A stretch of DNA of 64,000 nt, from contig JBBQXJ010000016.1 of the NCBI GenBank assembly GCA_038209745.1, forward strand, positions 684-64,683. Reading direction: 5' to 3'. The notes under the pieces were generated by a model that was given only the letters and a program-made list of their open reading frames with translations, was not told the DNA's origin and ran no database searches. A program made the translations under genes and the position numbers. Numbering within the stretch: the first letter of the stretch is position 1; every line of letters begins with the position of its first letter. This stretch comes from Verrucomicrobiota bacterium. GTDB lineage: Bacteria; Verrucomicrobiota; Verrucomicrobiia; Limisphaerales; CANJSG01. Shown piece after piece: positions 17,123 to 26,526 of the stretch.

Positions 17123-17949
17123 TGACCGGAATTTGGCTAACTCTGTTCCGTGCGAGCGTGGAGATCACTCTCCTCGCGGTGGGCATCTACTATGCCCTGA
17201 ACCTGATACGGGGCTCCCGCGGCGCACCGGTGGCCTATGGGCTCGCGGTCGTGCTTCTCGGAATGGAAGGGTTGGCGGCGTTGATGCGTCTCGAAGTTCT
17301 GGCCTGGCTTTTGGGGAAATTCTTCGCTTTTTCCGCGGTCGCGGTCGTCGTTCTCTTCCAACCCGAGATTCGCCGGATCCTCGCCCGGCTCGGCACCCAA
17401 TCGATGTTCACTCCCGTCAAGCAGCAGCGGGACACGATCGAGATCATCATCGACACGGTGGAACGGCTCTCGGAAGTGAAGATCGGCGCGTTGATCGCCG
17501 TGGAACGAACGGTCCCGTTGCAAGACGCGGTGAGTTCCGGGGTGAACATCGATTGCGCCGCCACGCCGGAGATGTTCGAGACGCTCTTCTTCCCCAACAA
17601 CGCGGTCCACGACGGGGGCGTGATCCTGGCCGGCGACCGGATTTCACGGGCCGCCTGCGTCTTCCCGCTGACTCGCCGCAGCGATCTGAGTCCCTCGCTC
17701 GGGACACGCCACAGGGCCGCCATCGGACTGACCGAGGAGACCGACGCGATCGTCGTGGTCGTGTCCGAAGAGACGGGTGGAATCTCCTACGCGAGCGAAG
17801 GCCGGCTCATCCGGGGAGTGACACTTGAGCAACTCCGGGCTTTCCTGACCTCCGCGCTGTTGATGCGGAGCAAACCGCGCACGGCGGTGGAGTGGATCCG
17901 CTCCATTTTGATCCAGCGCTCCCAAAGCCACGACGCCAAGGCCGACTGA
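17122..17949 (+). CDS. cdaA: diadenylate cyclase CdaA (membrane-anchored DAC domain)
   Basis: Three N-terminal TM segments. DAC motifs GALIAV, HDGGVIL, GTRHRAAIGLTEETDA, VVVSEETGGIS. The ATG abuts/overlaps the folP stop. Confidence 0.9.
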   Translation: MTGIWLTLFRASVEITLLAVGIYYALNLIRGSRGAPVAYGLAVVLLGMEGLAALMRLEVLAWLLGKFFAFSAVAVVVLFQPEIRRILARLGTQSMFTPVKQQRDTIEIIIDTVERLSEVKIGALIAVERTVPLQDAVSSGVNIDCAATPEMFETLFFPNNAVHDGGVILAGDRISRAACVFPLTRRSDLSPSLGTRHRAAIGLTEETDAIVVVVSEETGGISYASEGRLIRGVTLEQLRAFLTSALLMRSKPRTAVEWIRSILIQRSQSHDAKAD

Positions 17950-17950
17950 C

Positions 17951-18376
17951 ATGTCGATCCGCCCTTTCATCCTCCAAAACTTCTGGCTCAAGGCGTTGTC
18001 GTTCATGATCGCGCTCCTCATCTGGGTGGTGGTCCAAACCCAGATCACCGGAGGCAACCTCGCCCTCGTGTTTCAGCCCCACAGCTTCGCCACCCGCAGC
18101 TTCGAGCTTCAGTTGTATCTGATGAAAACGGCGAACGACGGCCGGCTGATCCACATCACCCCGAGTTCGGTCACCGTCGCGGTCCAGGGCGAAAAGTCCG
18201 TCATCAACAACTTGGAAGCGAAGGACCTCCTGGCCTACGTCCATCTCGCCGGCATTGAACTTCTGAAACCGAACGACCAGATCGTCGTCCGGGTCGACCT
18301 GCCCGACGGAGTCAATCTCAAGGAGGTCAAACCGCCCAAAGTAATCGCGGATAGCGTCGAACCCCCATTCCATTGA
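17951..18376 (+). CDS. YbbR-like (CdaR-type) single-domain membrane protein
   Basis: N-terminal anchor FWLKALSFMIALLIWVVV is typical of CdaR/YbbR proteins. One beta-rich repeat follows. Sits between cdaA and glmM. Confidence 0.55.
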   Translation: MSIRPFILQNFWLKALSFMIALLIWVVVQTQITGGNLALVFQPHSFATRSFELQLYLMKTANDGRLIHITPSSVTVAVQGEKSVINNLEAKDLLAYVHLAGIELLKPNDQIVVRVDLPDGVNLKEVKPPKVIADSVEPPFH

Positions 18377-19761
18377 CCATGACCCAATCAAAGAGAATTT
18401 TCGGCACCGACGGCGTTCGCGGCACCGCCAACGTGGAACCGGTCACCGCCGAAACAGCGCTGAAGCTGGGTCGTGCCGCGGCCCATGTTTTCAAGAGCCT
18501 GGAAACGCAGTCACGCGGGCGAGGCAAGCACAAGATCGTCATCGGCAAAGACACGCGCCTCTCCGGCTACATGCTGGAAAACGCGATGGCCGCGGGCATT
18601 CTGTCGATGGGCGTGGACGTCCTGTTCATCGGCCCTTTGCCGACTCCCGGCGTAGCCTATGTCACCCGCAGCCTTCGGGCCGATGCGGGCATCGTCATCA
18701 CCGCCTCCCACAATCCTTTCGACGACAACGGCATCAAGTTCTTCCGCGCCGACGGCTACAAGCTGGATGAAACGATCGAGCGACAGATCGAGGAACTGGT
18801 CTTCAGCGGCGACATCGAATCGATCCGTCCCACCGCCGGAGAGATCGGCAAGGCCGTCCGCATCGACGACGCTCTCGGGCGCTACATCGAATATGCCAAG
18901 TCTTCGTTCCCGCGCGGCATGACCTTGGAGGGGCTCCGCATCGTGGTCGATTGCGCCAACGGAGCCGCCTACAAGTCGACCCCCTGCGTGTTGCGCGAGC
19001 TCGGCGCAGAGATCTACGTCTACGGGAACTCCCCCGATGGCCGAAACATCAACCGAGACTGCGGCTCCATGCATCCCGAAGCCATGTGCGCGAAGGTCCG
19101 CGAACACGGAGCCCATCTCGGCATCGCCCATGACGGGGACGCCGATCGGGTCCTCCTCTGCGACGAGAGCGGCAAGATGATCGACGGAGACGATATCATG
19201 GCGATCACCGCCATCGGCATGCTCGCGGCGGGAACCCTGCGCGGAAACACCCTGGTGGCCACGGTGATGAGCAACGCCGGCCTCGAGCCCGCCATTGCCA
19301 AAGCCGGTGGCCGGACCGTTCGCACTCCGGTCGGCGACAAGCATGTGATCGATGAAATGCTCCGTGGCGGCTACAACTTCGGTGGCGAACAGAGTGGCCA
19401 CATCATTTTCGCCGACCACGCTTCCACGGGCGATGGCTTGGTCGCGGCCCTCCAGATTCTCCGCGAGATAAAGCTCCGCCAGCAGCCACTGTCCGAGCTG
19501 GCCCGCTGCTGGACAAGGTTTCCCCAGCTTGTGACCAACGTCCGGGTGCGCGAAAAAACGCCGTTTGAAGAATTGGGCCGGGTATTGGAACTCCTTGCCG
19601 AAGCCGAAGCCGCAGTCAAACCACACGGTGGCCGCGTGCTGCTGCGCTACTCCGGCACGGAGCCGAAAGCCCGGCTGCTGATCGAAGGGCCCGAAAAATC
19701 CGTGCTCGAAGAATGGAGCACGAAAATCTGCCAGTCGATCCGCGAACGGATCGGAGCGTGA
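18373..19761 (+). CDS. glmM: phosphoglucosamine mutase
   Basis: FGTDGVRG, ITASHNPFDDNGIKFF (active-site Ser), DGDADR, GGEQSGH. Confidence 0.92.
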   Translation: MTMTQSKRIFGTDGVRGTANVEPVTAETALKLGRAAAHVFKSLETQSRGRGKHKIVIGKDTRLSGYMLENAMAAGILSMGVDVLFIGPLPTPGVAYVTRSLRADAGIVITASHNPFDDNGIKFFRADGYKLDETIERQIEELVFSGDIESIRPTAGEIGKAVRIDDALGRYIEYAKSSFPRGMTLEGLRIVVDCANGAAYKSTPCVLRELGAEIYVYGNSPDGRNINRDCGSMHPEAMCAKVREHGAHLGIAHDGDADRVLLCDESGKMIDGDDIMAITAIGMLAAGTLRGNTLVATVMSNAGLEPAIAKAGGRTVRTPVGDKHVIDEMLRGGYNFGGEQSGHIIFADHASTGDGLVAALQILREIKLRQQPLSELARCWTRFPQLVTNVRVREKTPFEELGRVLELLAEAEAAVKPHGGRVLLRYSGTEPKARLLIEGPEKSVLEEWSTKICQSIRERIGA

Positions 19762-19776
19762 GACTCTGCGGCTGGA

Positions 19777-20694
19777 TTAAACGAGACCTTCGAGCATCGA
19801 CGGCAACCGCGCGATGCAACGGTCGAGATTCGCCTGGGCGATGGCCTTCTCGGCGTCGGTGAGCGCGGGGTAGAGAATTCCCCAGCCAGCGGCAGACGAG
19901 CAGGTCTCGGCGGTCACCGTTCCCTGGTTGAGGCTGTCTCCAATATGGGCATTTCGGACCATGAGATCCGCTATCTGCACGGCCGCGACGATGTGGGCAT
20001 GATGGCCGGCCTTGGCCGGGTCGTGGTGGTGCAAAGCGGTCTCCACGAGCACATCGGGCAAATGATGGTTCTTTAAGTAGAGAGCCCCGAGCATCGCATG
20101 GTCGACGCCCAGCACTTCGGCCTCGACCGTCAAAAGTGCCCGGCCGCTCTCGGCCATTCGCCGATGGATCTCTGCAAAATGGTCGGGGAAGGCCGAGGCC
20201 ATGACGATCTTGCCGACGTCGTGGGTCAAACCGGCCACATAATCCACTTCGTCCGGTGGCGCCTGGACGGCCCCCAGCACCTCCCGGGTCACGATCGCGA
20301 CTCCGATGCAGTGCTGCCAGAATTCACGCCATTTGAAGGGACTTGGACCGGCCAGCTTCTGAAAATCCTCGATGACCGGAGTGACCATGGCCAACTGCCG
20401 GATCTGGCGAATACCCAGATAGAAGACCGCTTCCTCGATGCTGTTGATCGGCGCGGACAGCCCGTAGTAGACGGAGTTGACCAGGCGCAGGAGACGGGCC
20501 GTGAGACTCGGATCGCGGCGGATCACCTCGGCGATCTGCGAAGTGTAGCGCTGGTCGGCGGTGAGCAGCTCGCGCAGGGCGCTGTTGATGCTGTTGAGCG
20601 ACGGAAGACGCGGGCACTGCCGGAGCCGGTTCTCGATCTGCGATGATTCGAGAGGAATCACTTCCTTCGTCGGGGTGCTGAGCGTGAAAGACAT
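19777..20694 (-). CDS. HDOD domain signalling protein
   Basis: LPSLNSINSALRELL...SQIAEVIRRDPSLTARLLRLVNSVYYG...SIEEAVFYLG, then HD-like GLTHDVGK. Start set at MSFTLST (ATG 20694). Confidence 0.75.
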   Translation of the reverse strand: MSFTLSTPTKEVIPLESSQIENRLRQCPRLPSLNSINSALRELLTADQRYTSQIAEVIRRDPSLTARLLRLVNSVYYGLSAPINSIEEAVFYLGIRQIRQLAMVTPVIEDFQKLAGPSPFKWREFWQHCIGVAIVTREVLGAVQAPPDEVDYVAGLTHDVGKIVMASAFPDHFAEIHRRMAESGRALLTVEAEVLGVDHAMLGALYLKNHHLPDVLVETALHHHDPAKAGHHAHIVAAVQIADLMVRNAHIGDSLNQGTVTAETCSSAAGWGILYPALTDAEKAIAQANLDRCIARLPSMLEGLV

Positions 20695-20849
20695 TTCCGA
20701 ATGTATCGACAGCTTTCGGGATCCATTAACCCCCAGTGGCGAAGGAAACTTCGAATCGAGGACTTCGCAGCCATCAACCCGCATCCAGCTGTCCTCCGGC
20801 TCCCCTTTTCCGCTCAAGTGGATGAGCGCACCGCCGATGGAGTTCAAAG

Positions 20850-21323
20850 ATGAAACTGAATCTGGACGACCTCGTGAAATGCGCCGTTGTCGACGTGTTC
20901 AGCCAGGCGTTCGGTCTTTCGATCACTCCCGAAGAATCGGGCTCCCTGATCCTGAACGGCGAACCCCACGTGGCCGGAGCCGTCGGCTTCATCGGCGAAA
21001 TGACGGGCGTCGTCTATGTCTATTGCAGCGCACGGCTCGCCAGGAAGATCGCAGCAACGACGGTCGGGCTCGACGAGTCCAGTCCGGAGGCGGACGACTT
21101 GGTCAACGACACGGTGGGAGAGGTTGCCAACATGATCGTCGGCAACGTCAAGGCGAAGCTCTTCGAACGCGGCGTCCAGACCGTCCTGACCATCCCCTCC
21201 ATCGTGCGGGGCAGCAATTTCGTGATCGAATGCGTCAGCAACACGGAGCGGGCCGTCCGTTCGTTCCGGACTTCGGAAAACCATCAGGTTGTCATTGAGG
21301 TGCTCCTGAAATCTGCCGACTAA
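20850..21323 (+). CDS. cheX: CheX-family chemotaxis phosphatase-like protein
   Basis: 157 aa. Block VNDTVGEVANMIVGNVKAKL ... LTIPSIV is typical of CheX/CheC-like proteins. Confidence 0.7.
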   Translation: MKLNLDDLVKCAVVDVFSQAFGLSITPEESGSLILNGEPHVAGAVGFIGEMTGVVYVYCSARLARKIAATTVGLDESSPEADDLVNDTVGEVANMIVGNVKAKLFERGVQTVLTIPSIVRGSNFVIECVSNTERAVRSFRTSENHQVVIEVLLKSAD

Positions 21324-21328
21324 AAAAC

Positions 21329-22474
21329 ATGGGCCCAAAGATTCTAACCGTCGACGACAGCAAGACCATCCGGCTGATCATCGGCAAGGCGTTCAAGTCC
21401 TACGACTGCGAAGTCTTCGAGGCCTGCAACGGCGTCGAAGGCCTCGCCGTCGCCTCGAAGGAAAAACCGGACATCATCATCCTCGACATCACCATGCCGG
21501 TGATGGACGGGTATGAGACGCTTACAAAACTCAAGTCCGACCCTGATCTAAAGGGCATTCCGGTCATAATGTTGACCGCCGAGGCCGGGCGCGACAACGT
21601 CCTTAAGATCGCCAAGCAGGGCGTCCGCGACTACCTGATCAAGCCCTTCAAAGAAGAGCTCATCGTGGACCGTGTCAGTCGCATCATCGATCTCAAGCCC
21701 AAGGGCGGGACGACGACGAAGGCGAAGCGGTTCGATGATCCGTTGCGGGTCCTTGTCGTCGACGACAAGCCCGCGATCACCGAACTGATCGCCCAGGGGC
21801 TCAAGGACACCACGTGGACCGTCACTGGCCGCGCCACCAACGGCGAGGCGGTCGACTACTGCCATAGCCAGAATCCCGATGCGATTCTCCTCAGTCTCTC
21901 ACTCCCCGAAAGCGCCGGTTTCACGCTCTTCCAGATGCTCCGAACGAACAACAAGACGAAGTCCGTCCCGGTGTTCGGCATGTGCGTGAAGACCGCAATG
22001 GAAGACCAGTCCAGGGCCCAGCAGATGGGGTTCACCGGCATCATCACAAAGCCGATCGACATGGACGACATCAAGAACAAGATCGCTCGCGCCCTTTCGC
22101 TCGACACCTCCTACAAATATTTCCAGCACAAGAACGGAGTGCTGCTGGTCACACTGCCGGCAGGATTCACCGCCCACACCGCCAACGAGGTCTCGATCCA
22201 CCTCCGCACCAAGATCTCCGAAGCAGTCGACACGGGCCTCGACAAGGTCATCTTCGATCTCAGCCAACTCAAGGTGGCCGACATCTCGCTGATCAAGCTA
22301 GGCCTCGAGGTCATCCAACTCACCGGCGAACTCTCCCTCAAGCTGCGCATGATGGGCTCCGAGATCGTCAGCAACGAGTGCCGCAAATACGAAGAGACGG
22401 CCTCGTGGCGTTTCGCCGCGACTTTCGAAGAGGCCCTCGCCCAATTGAGCGGCAAAGAACTTTCCAACGCCTAG
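21329..22474 (+). CDS. response regulator: REC + pseudo-REC + STAS domain
   Basis: REC1 is canonical (VDDS, IILDITMP, MLTA, IKPF). In REC2 the acceptor Asp is replaced (AILLSLSLP). The C-terminal ~110 aa is STAS/anti-sigma-antagonist-like (VIFDLSQLKVADISLIKLGLEV). Confidence 0.75.
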   Translation: MGPKILTVDDSKTIRLIIGKAFKSYDCEVFEACNGVEGLAVASKEKPDIIILDITMPVMDGYETLTKLKSDPDLKGIPVIMLTAEAGRDNVLKIAKQGVRDYLIKPFKEELIVDRVSRIIDLKPKGGTTTKAKRFDDPLRVLVVDDKPAITELIAQGLKDTTWTVTGRATNGEAVDYCHSQNPDAILLSLSLPESAGFTLFQMLRTNNKTKSVPVFGMCVKTAMEDQSRAQQMGFTGIITKPIDMDDIKNKIARALSLDTSYKYFQHKNGVLLVTLPAGFTAHTANEVSIHLRTKISEAVDTGLDKVIFDLSQLKVADISLIKLGLEVIQLTGELSLKLRMMGSEIVSNECRKYEETASWRFAATFEEALAQLSGKELSNA

Positions 22475-22513
22475 GACGGGCACGGACAGGAAGACAACGG
22501 GGATGAGTATTTT

Positions 22514-22978
22514 ATGCATGGACGCAATATCGTGGTGCTTTTGGCCCTCACGGGCCTTGGAAGCGCCGAACTAATCGCATCGACAGGATACTTGGCATCG
22601 ATCGGCCCGGCGGCGATCCGGTTCTTGGATCCACCGAAGACGGCGCGCCCTGCGGTCCTTGAGCCCGTGCCCACGCTGGCGCCTCCAGCAGAGCCGCTTG
22701 CGGGCGAAAGCCCACCGGTCGCGAAGAACGTGGTGCCCATCAAAGTCCCTGCGCCGCCGGAAGCGATCGTGAGCTTGATCGTCAGCAATTCGATCGGTGA
22801 ATTTATCAGCGGAATGAGACCCGACAGCCTATACGTTCCTCCTTCGGTCCTTGTCCGTTATTTCACGGGTCGTTCCGGCTTGGGAGCTGGCGGAGTGTCG
22901 ATACCGGTCGACTTTCGGCCTCCGGTGGACCCGCTGCCGCCGATCCGAAGCTCCGCCACCTACGAGAAAGGTCCATGA
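22514..22978 (+). CDS. Pro-rich secreted hypothetical protein
   Basis: Signal-peptide-like N-terminus (MHGRNIVVLLALTGLGSAE). Its stop overlaps the next gene's ATG (ATGA, 22975-22978). Confidence 0.45.
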   Translation: MHGRNIVVLLALTGLGSAELIASTGYLASIGPAAIRFLDPPKTARPAVLEPVPTLAPPAEPLAGESPPVAKNVVPIKVPAPPEAIVSLIVSNSIGEFISGMRPDSLYVPPSVLVRYFTGRSGLGAGGVSIPVDFRPPVDPLPPIRSSATYEKGP

Positions 22979-24345
22979 TGCTCCGCCGCAGGCTTCAATC
23001 CGGGGTCCGATCCACGATCGCCGCGATCGTGTTGTCGCTGGCCGTCACCTCGGCCTTTGCCGTCGAGCATGGGTCTGAAGCACCTGCGACCCCGTCTCTC
23101 GCAGCCCCCGCGGCCCACGCCGGGGCGATGGATCCAAAATCGCCTTCGCCGGAACCGTCTCCCCTCGTTGAGAAGCTTCCGTACCTCGACGACGGCGCCC
23201 CCATCCCCAGCAGCAACCTGGTCCCTCCACCCAAGCCCGAGAATTCACTGGTGGCCTACGATTTCCAGAAGGACCTCGATTTCGCCCGCGAGCAGCGCCG
23301 TGAACTCGGCTACCCGCGCGCCGAGGCCGCCCTGGAAAAACTGATGTCGACCAACGCCCCGACGGAGATCCACCGTCAGGCGATGCTGGAGCTGGCGTTG
23401 ATCGCCCAGGACCAGCACAAATTGACACGCTCGGCGCAGATCTTCTCCCAATATATCAAGCGTTACCCGGAGGATCCGACCGTGCCGGAGGTCTATCTTA
23501 GGCAGGGATTGATCTATCGAGAACTCGGTGCGCACCGCATGGCGGTCTCGCGCTTCTACCTCGTCATGTCGAGCGCCCTCCAGCTGAAGCTCGACCAAAT
23601 GGCCTACTACAAGCGACTGGTCCTCCAAGCCCAGACCGAGATCGCCGACACCATCTTTCTGGACGCAAACTACGAGGAGGCTTGGCATCTCTACGCGCGG
23701 ATGCTGAAGCAGGCTGCCCCGGAACTGAACCGCCCCCACGTCCACTTCAAGCTCATCCGTTGCCTGTCCGCCTTGGGCAAGTCGAACGAAACGATTACCG
23801 AGGGCGAATCGTTTCTCGAAGAGCACAAAGGCGCCGAGGAGGTCCCCGAAGTGCGTTTCATCCTGGCCCAGGTCTACAAACAGCTGGGAAGAAACGGCGA
23901 TGCCACCCATCAGGTCATCGCGCTTCTCGACCAGCAGAACGAGAACCGGAAGACCTCGCCCGAGCGGTGGGCCTACTGGCAGCAACGCGCCGGCAACGAC
24001 CTCGCCAACCAGTTCTACCGCAATGGCGACTACCTCGACGCGCTGACGATCTATTCCGCGATGGCCTCCATCAACAGCGACCCCGCCTGGCAGCTTCCAG
24101 TCCTTTACCAAACCGGCCTCGTCTACGAACGACTCCAGCAGACCGCCAAGGCCACCGAGGTCTACGACCGTATCCTCGAGTCAGGCAAGGCGGTGGACGC
24201 GGACACCGCCGGTCCCGCATTGAAAGCCGTCATCGAGATGGCGCAATGGCGGAAGGACCATCTCGCCTGGATCAACCAGTCCGCCATCGAACGGGAATTG
24301 TTGCGTCCTTCCGGCGTCGTGAGCAATGCTGCCTCCTCCTTATGA
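22975..24345 (+). CDS. secreted TPR-repeat protein
   Basis: Signal peptide, Pro-rich linker, then repeated Ala/Tyr/Leu helical hairpins (YLRQGLIYRELG, LAQVYKQLG, YQTGLVYERL). Confidence 0.65.
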   Translation: MMLRRRLQSGVRSTIAAIVLSLAVTSAFAVEHGSEAPATPSLAAPAAHAGAMDPKSPSPEPSPLVEKLPYLDDGAPIPSSNLVPPPKPENSLVAYDFQKDLDFAREQRRELGYPRAEAALEKLMSTNAPTEIHRQAMLELALIAQDQHKLTRSAQIFSQYIKRYPEDPTVPEVYLRQGLIYRELGAHRMAVSRFYLVMSSALQLKLDQMAYYKRLVLQAQTEIADTIFLDANYEEAWHLYARMLKQAAPELNRPHVHFKLIRCLSALGKSNETITEGESFLEEHKGAEEVPEVRFILAQVYKQLGRNGDATHQVIALLDQQNENRKTSPERWAYWQQRAGNDLANQFYRNGDYLDALTIYSAMASINSDPAWQLPVLYQTGLVYERLQQTAKATEVYDRILESGKAVDADTAGPALKAVIEMAQWRKDHLAWINQSAIERELLRPSGVVSNAASSL

Positions 24346-24761
24346 CGGATTGCCGGGAGTTGTTGGATCATCTGAAGGAACATCAAGTCGTCGCTCAGGA
24401 CCTGTTCAGCCTCGTGGAACGCGAAGGCCAGGCTTTGCGACAGGGCAATGAAACGACCCTGCAGCCGTCCTTCGCGGACAAGCAGGCCCTTTTGGGGCGC
24501 TTAAAAGACTCGGTCGCCAAGCTCAAAAAGCTGCGAACGGAATGGACGGTGCTTTCCCCAGAGCACCGGGCAGAACATCCTGAGATCAATGCGCTTCTCA
24601 GGCAGACGCAGGACCTCACGATGAAGATCATCATGCTCGATCGCGAAAACGAGCAGTCTCTTCTGCGTCGAGGTCTGGTGCCGCCACGCGACATCCCGTC
24701 AGCCAACCGCCAACGGCCGCATTTCGTGGCGGATCTCTACCGTCGCCAGGGACAGCATTGA
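24342..24761 (+). CDS. FlgN-like helical protein (tentative)
   Basis: 139-aa all-helical ORF starting at an ATGA overlap with the TPR gene. Its Leu/Glu/Gln heptad pattern resembles FlgN-family export chaperones. The assignment is weak. Confidence 0.35.
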   Translation: MTDCRELLDHLKEHQVVAQDLFSLVEREGQALRQGNETTLQPSFADKQALLGRLKDSVAKLKKLRTEWTVLSPEHRAEHPEINALLRQTQDLTMKIIMLDRENEQSLLRRGLVPPRDIPSANRQRPHFVADLYRRQGQH

Positions 24762-24767
24762 AACCGC

Positions 24768-26186
24768 ATGTCGATTGAAAAAGTAATCGTCCTCGAAGAC
24801 GACATCATCATCCGCAACGCACTGGCGCAGCAGCTTCGTGAACTTCGCTGCGACGTCGCCGCAGCGGAGACCATTGCCCAGGCCCAGGAATTTCTCGCCA
24901 AGGACAATTTTGACCTGATGTTCGCCGATGTCCGGCTTCCCGACGGCGAAAGCACCGATCTCCTCCGCGAACTCCAAGCCCGCCCGACAAAGCCTCTTGT
25001 CGTCATGATCACCGGGTTCGGCTCCATCGAGTCCGCCGTGGAATGCATGCGGAACGGCGCCTTCGACTACCTGCCTAAACCGTTTTCGAGGAAACACATA
25101 GAGGTCACGCTCAAGAAGGCCGAGGACTTTTCCAAGATCCTCAAGCTGAACCGCTACCTGATCCACGAGGAGGACCAGGACTCCGGCTACGAGCTGCTGG
25201 GGAACAGCCCCGCCATGGAGAGCCTGCGCCAGTTGATCGCCAAGGTCGCCCGCACCCAGGCGACCGTCCTGATCCAGGGCGAGAGCGGCACCGGCAAGGA
25301 ACTCGTCGCCCGCGCACTCTACCGCCAAAGCCCCCGAGGCAACTCCCCCTTCATCAAGGTCAACTGCGCAGCCATCCCGGAAAACCTCATCGAGAGCGAG
25401 TTCTTCGGCCACGAAAAAGGCGCCTTCACCGGAGCGATGAACAAACGCGAAGGCCGCTTCGAGCTGGCCCATGGCGGAACCATTCTCCTCGACGAGGTCA
25501 GCGAGGTCTCCCTCCAGGTCCAGGCCAAGCTCCTCCGCGTGCTCCAGGAACGGGAGCTCGAACGCGTCGGCGGCAATCGAACCATCAAGGTCGATGTCCG
25601 CGTCATCGCCACCACCAATCGTCGCCTGGAAGAGAGCGTCGAGCGCAAGGAATTCCGCCAGGATCTCTACTTCCGCCTCAACGTCGTCCCCGTCCACGTC
25701 CCCGCTCTCCGAGAACGCATGGAGGACGTGCCCGCCCTCGCCCAGAAGTTCATGCAGCGGTTCAACCGGAAGCACGGCGTTCGGGCAAAAGGCATTTCTG
25801 ACGAAGGATTCCGGGCGCTGAACATCCACTCCTGGCCCGGCAACGTCCGCGAACTCCAGAACGTCGTGGAGCGTGCCGTGATCCTCTGCGGCGACGGCGG
25901 AATGCTCGACTGCGAGCACTTCGGCCTGAACCCAGGCCCGACGCCCTCCGCACCGGTTCCGACAATCGTGTCGTCCGTTTCCAACGGGGATGTCGATGAA
26001 CCGCGGCCTCTCGCCGAAATCGAAAAGCGCGCCATCATGTTCGCCCTGGAGTTTACCAGCGGCAACCGGACCCATGCCGCCAAACACCTCGGCATCAGCA
26101 TCCGCACCCTCCGCAACAAGCTCCACGAATACGGCGTGGCCCCCGTGGCCGAAGGCAACGGCGCCGCTGATTTGGAAGACGAATAG
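24768..26186 (+). CDS. sigma-54-dependent response regulator (NtrC family: REC + AAA+ + Fis-type HTH)
   Basis: REC (LEDD, FADVRLPDG, KPF). Walker A GESGTGKE, GAFTGA, Walker B LLDEV, RVGGN. C-terminal HTH (NRTHAAKHLGISIRTLRNKL). Confidence 0.9.
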   Translation: MSIEKVIVLEDDIIIRNALAQQLRELRCDVAAAETIAQAQEFLAKDNFDLMFADVRLPDGESTDLLRELQARPTKPLVVMITGFGSIESAVECMRNGAFDYLPKPFSRKHIEVTLKKAEDFSKILKLNRYLIHEEDQDSGYELLGNSPAMESLRQLIAKVARTQATVLIQGESGTGKELVARALYRQSPRGNSPFIKVNCAAIPENLIESEFFGHEKGAFTGAMNKREGRFELAHGGTILLDEVSEVSLQVQAKLLRVLQERELERVGGNRTIKVDVRVIATTNRRLEESVERKEFRQDLYFRLNVVPVHVPALRERMEDVPALAQKFMQRFNRKHGVRAKGISDEGFRALNIHSWPGNVRELQNVVERAVILCGDGGMLDCEHFGLNPGPTPSAPVPTIVSSVSNGDVDEPRPLAEIEKRAIMFALEFTSGNRTHAAKHLGISIRTLRNKLHEYGVAPVAEGNGAADLEDE

Positions 26187-26266
26187 CTCGATCAAACCCA
26201 ATCTGGAAGAGACGAAGAAAACCTTGCCTTCCAAATCCCGGCCAACCTAGTTTCTCCGCCCACGAT

Positions 26267-26341
26267 GCGCGGTTAGCTCAGTGGTAGAGCATTACCTTCA
26301 CACGGTAGGGGTCGCAGGTTCGAAACCTGCACCGCGCACCA
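26267..26341 (+). tRNA. tRNA-Val (anticodon CAC), CCA encoded
   Basis: Manual cloverleaf: acceptor GCGCGGT/ACCGCGC, D arm GCTC-AGTGGTA-GAGC, anticodon arm TTACC-TTCACAC-GGTAG, T arm GCAGG-TTCGAAA-CCTGC, then A-CCA. 75 nt. Confidence 0.9.
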
Positions 26342-26442
26342 CCTGATCAAGCTCCTTCCGGCACCGCTGTTTAGCCGGACCCGACGGTTTTAGCATTTGC
26401 CGGTTTGTCGGGCAGTTCCTAGTCTTCAAATCGATCCTGGAT

Positions 26443-26519
26443 GCGCGAGTAGCTCAATTGGATAGAGTGACGGTCTCCGAAGCCGTAGGTTGTGGGTTCG
26501 ATTCCCGCCTCGCGCACCA
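26443..26519 (+). tRNA. tRNA-Arg (anticodon CCG), CCA encoded
   Basis: Manual cloverleaf: acceptor GCGCGAG/CTCGCGC, D arm GCTC-AATTGGATA-GAGT, anticodon arm ACGGT-CTCCGAA-GCCGT, T arm GTGGG-TTCGATT-CCCGC, then A-CCA. 77 nt. Confidence 0.9.
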
Positions 26520-26526
26520 CATCCGC

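Noticed and set aside
23682-24341. N-terminal 220 aa of the 359-aa ORF 23682-24761.
   Set aside because: This part is an out-of-frame Arg/Pro-rich read through the TPR gene. The plausible protein starts at the ATGA overlap (24342).
26458-26526. ORF-track start of the REC gene at 26458.
   Set aside because: That start and the first 23 codons lie inside tRNA-Arg (26443-26519). The ATG at 26527 gives a normal receiver N-terminus.
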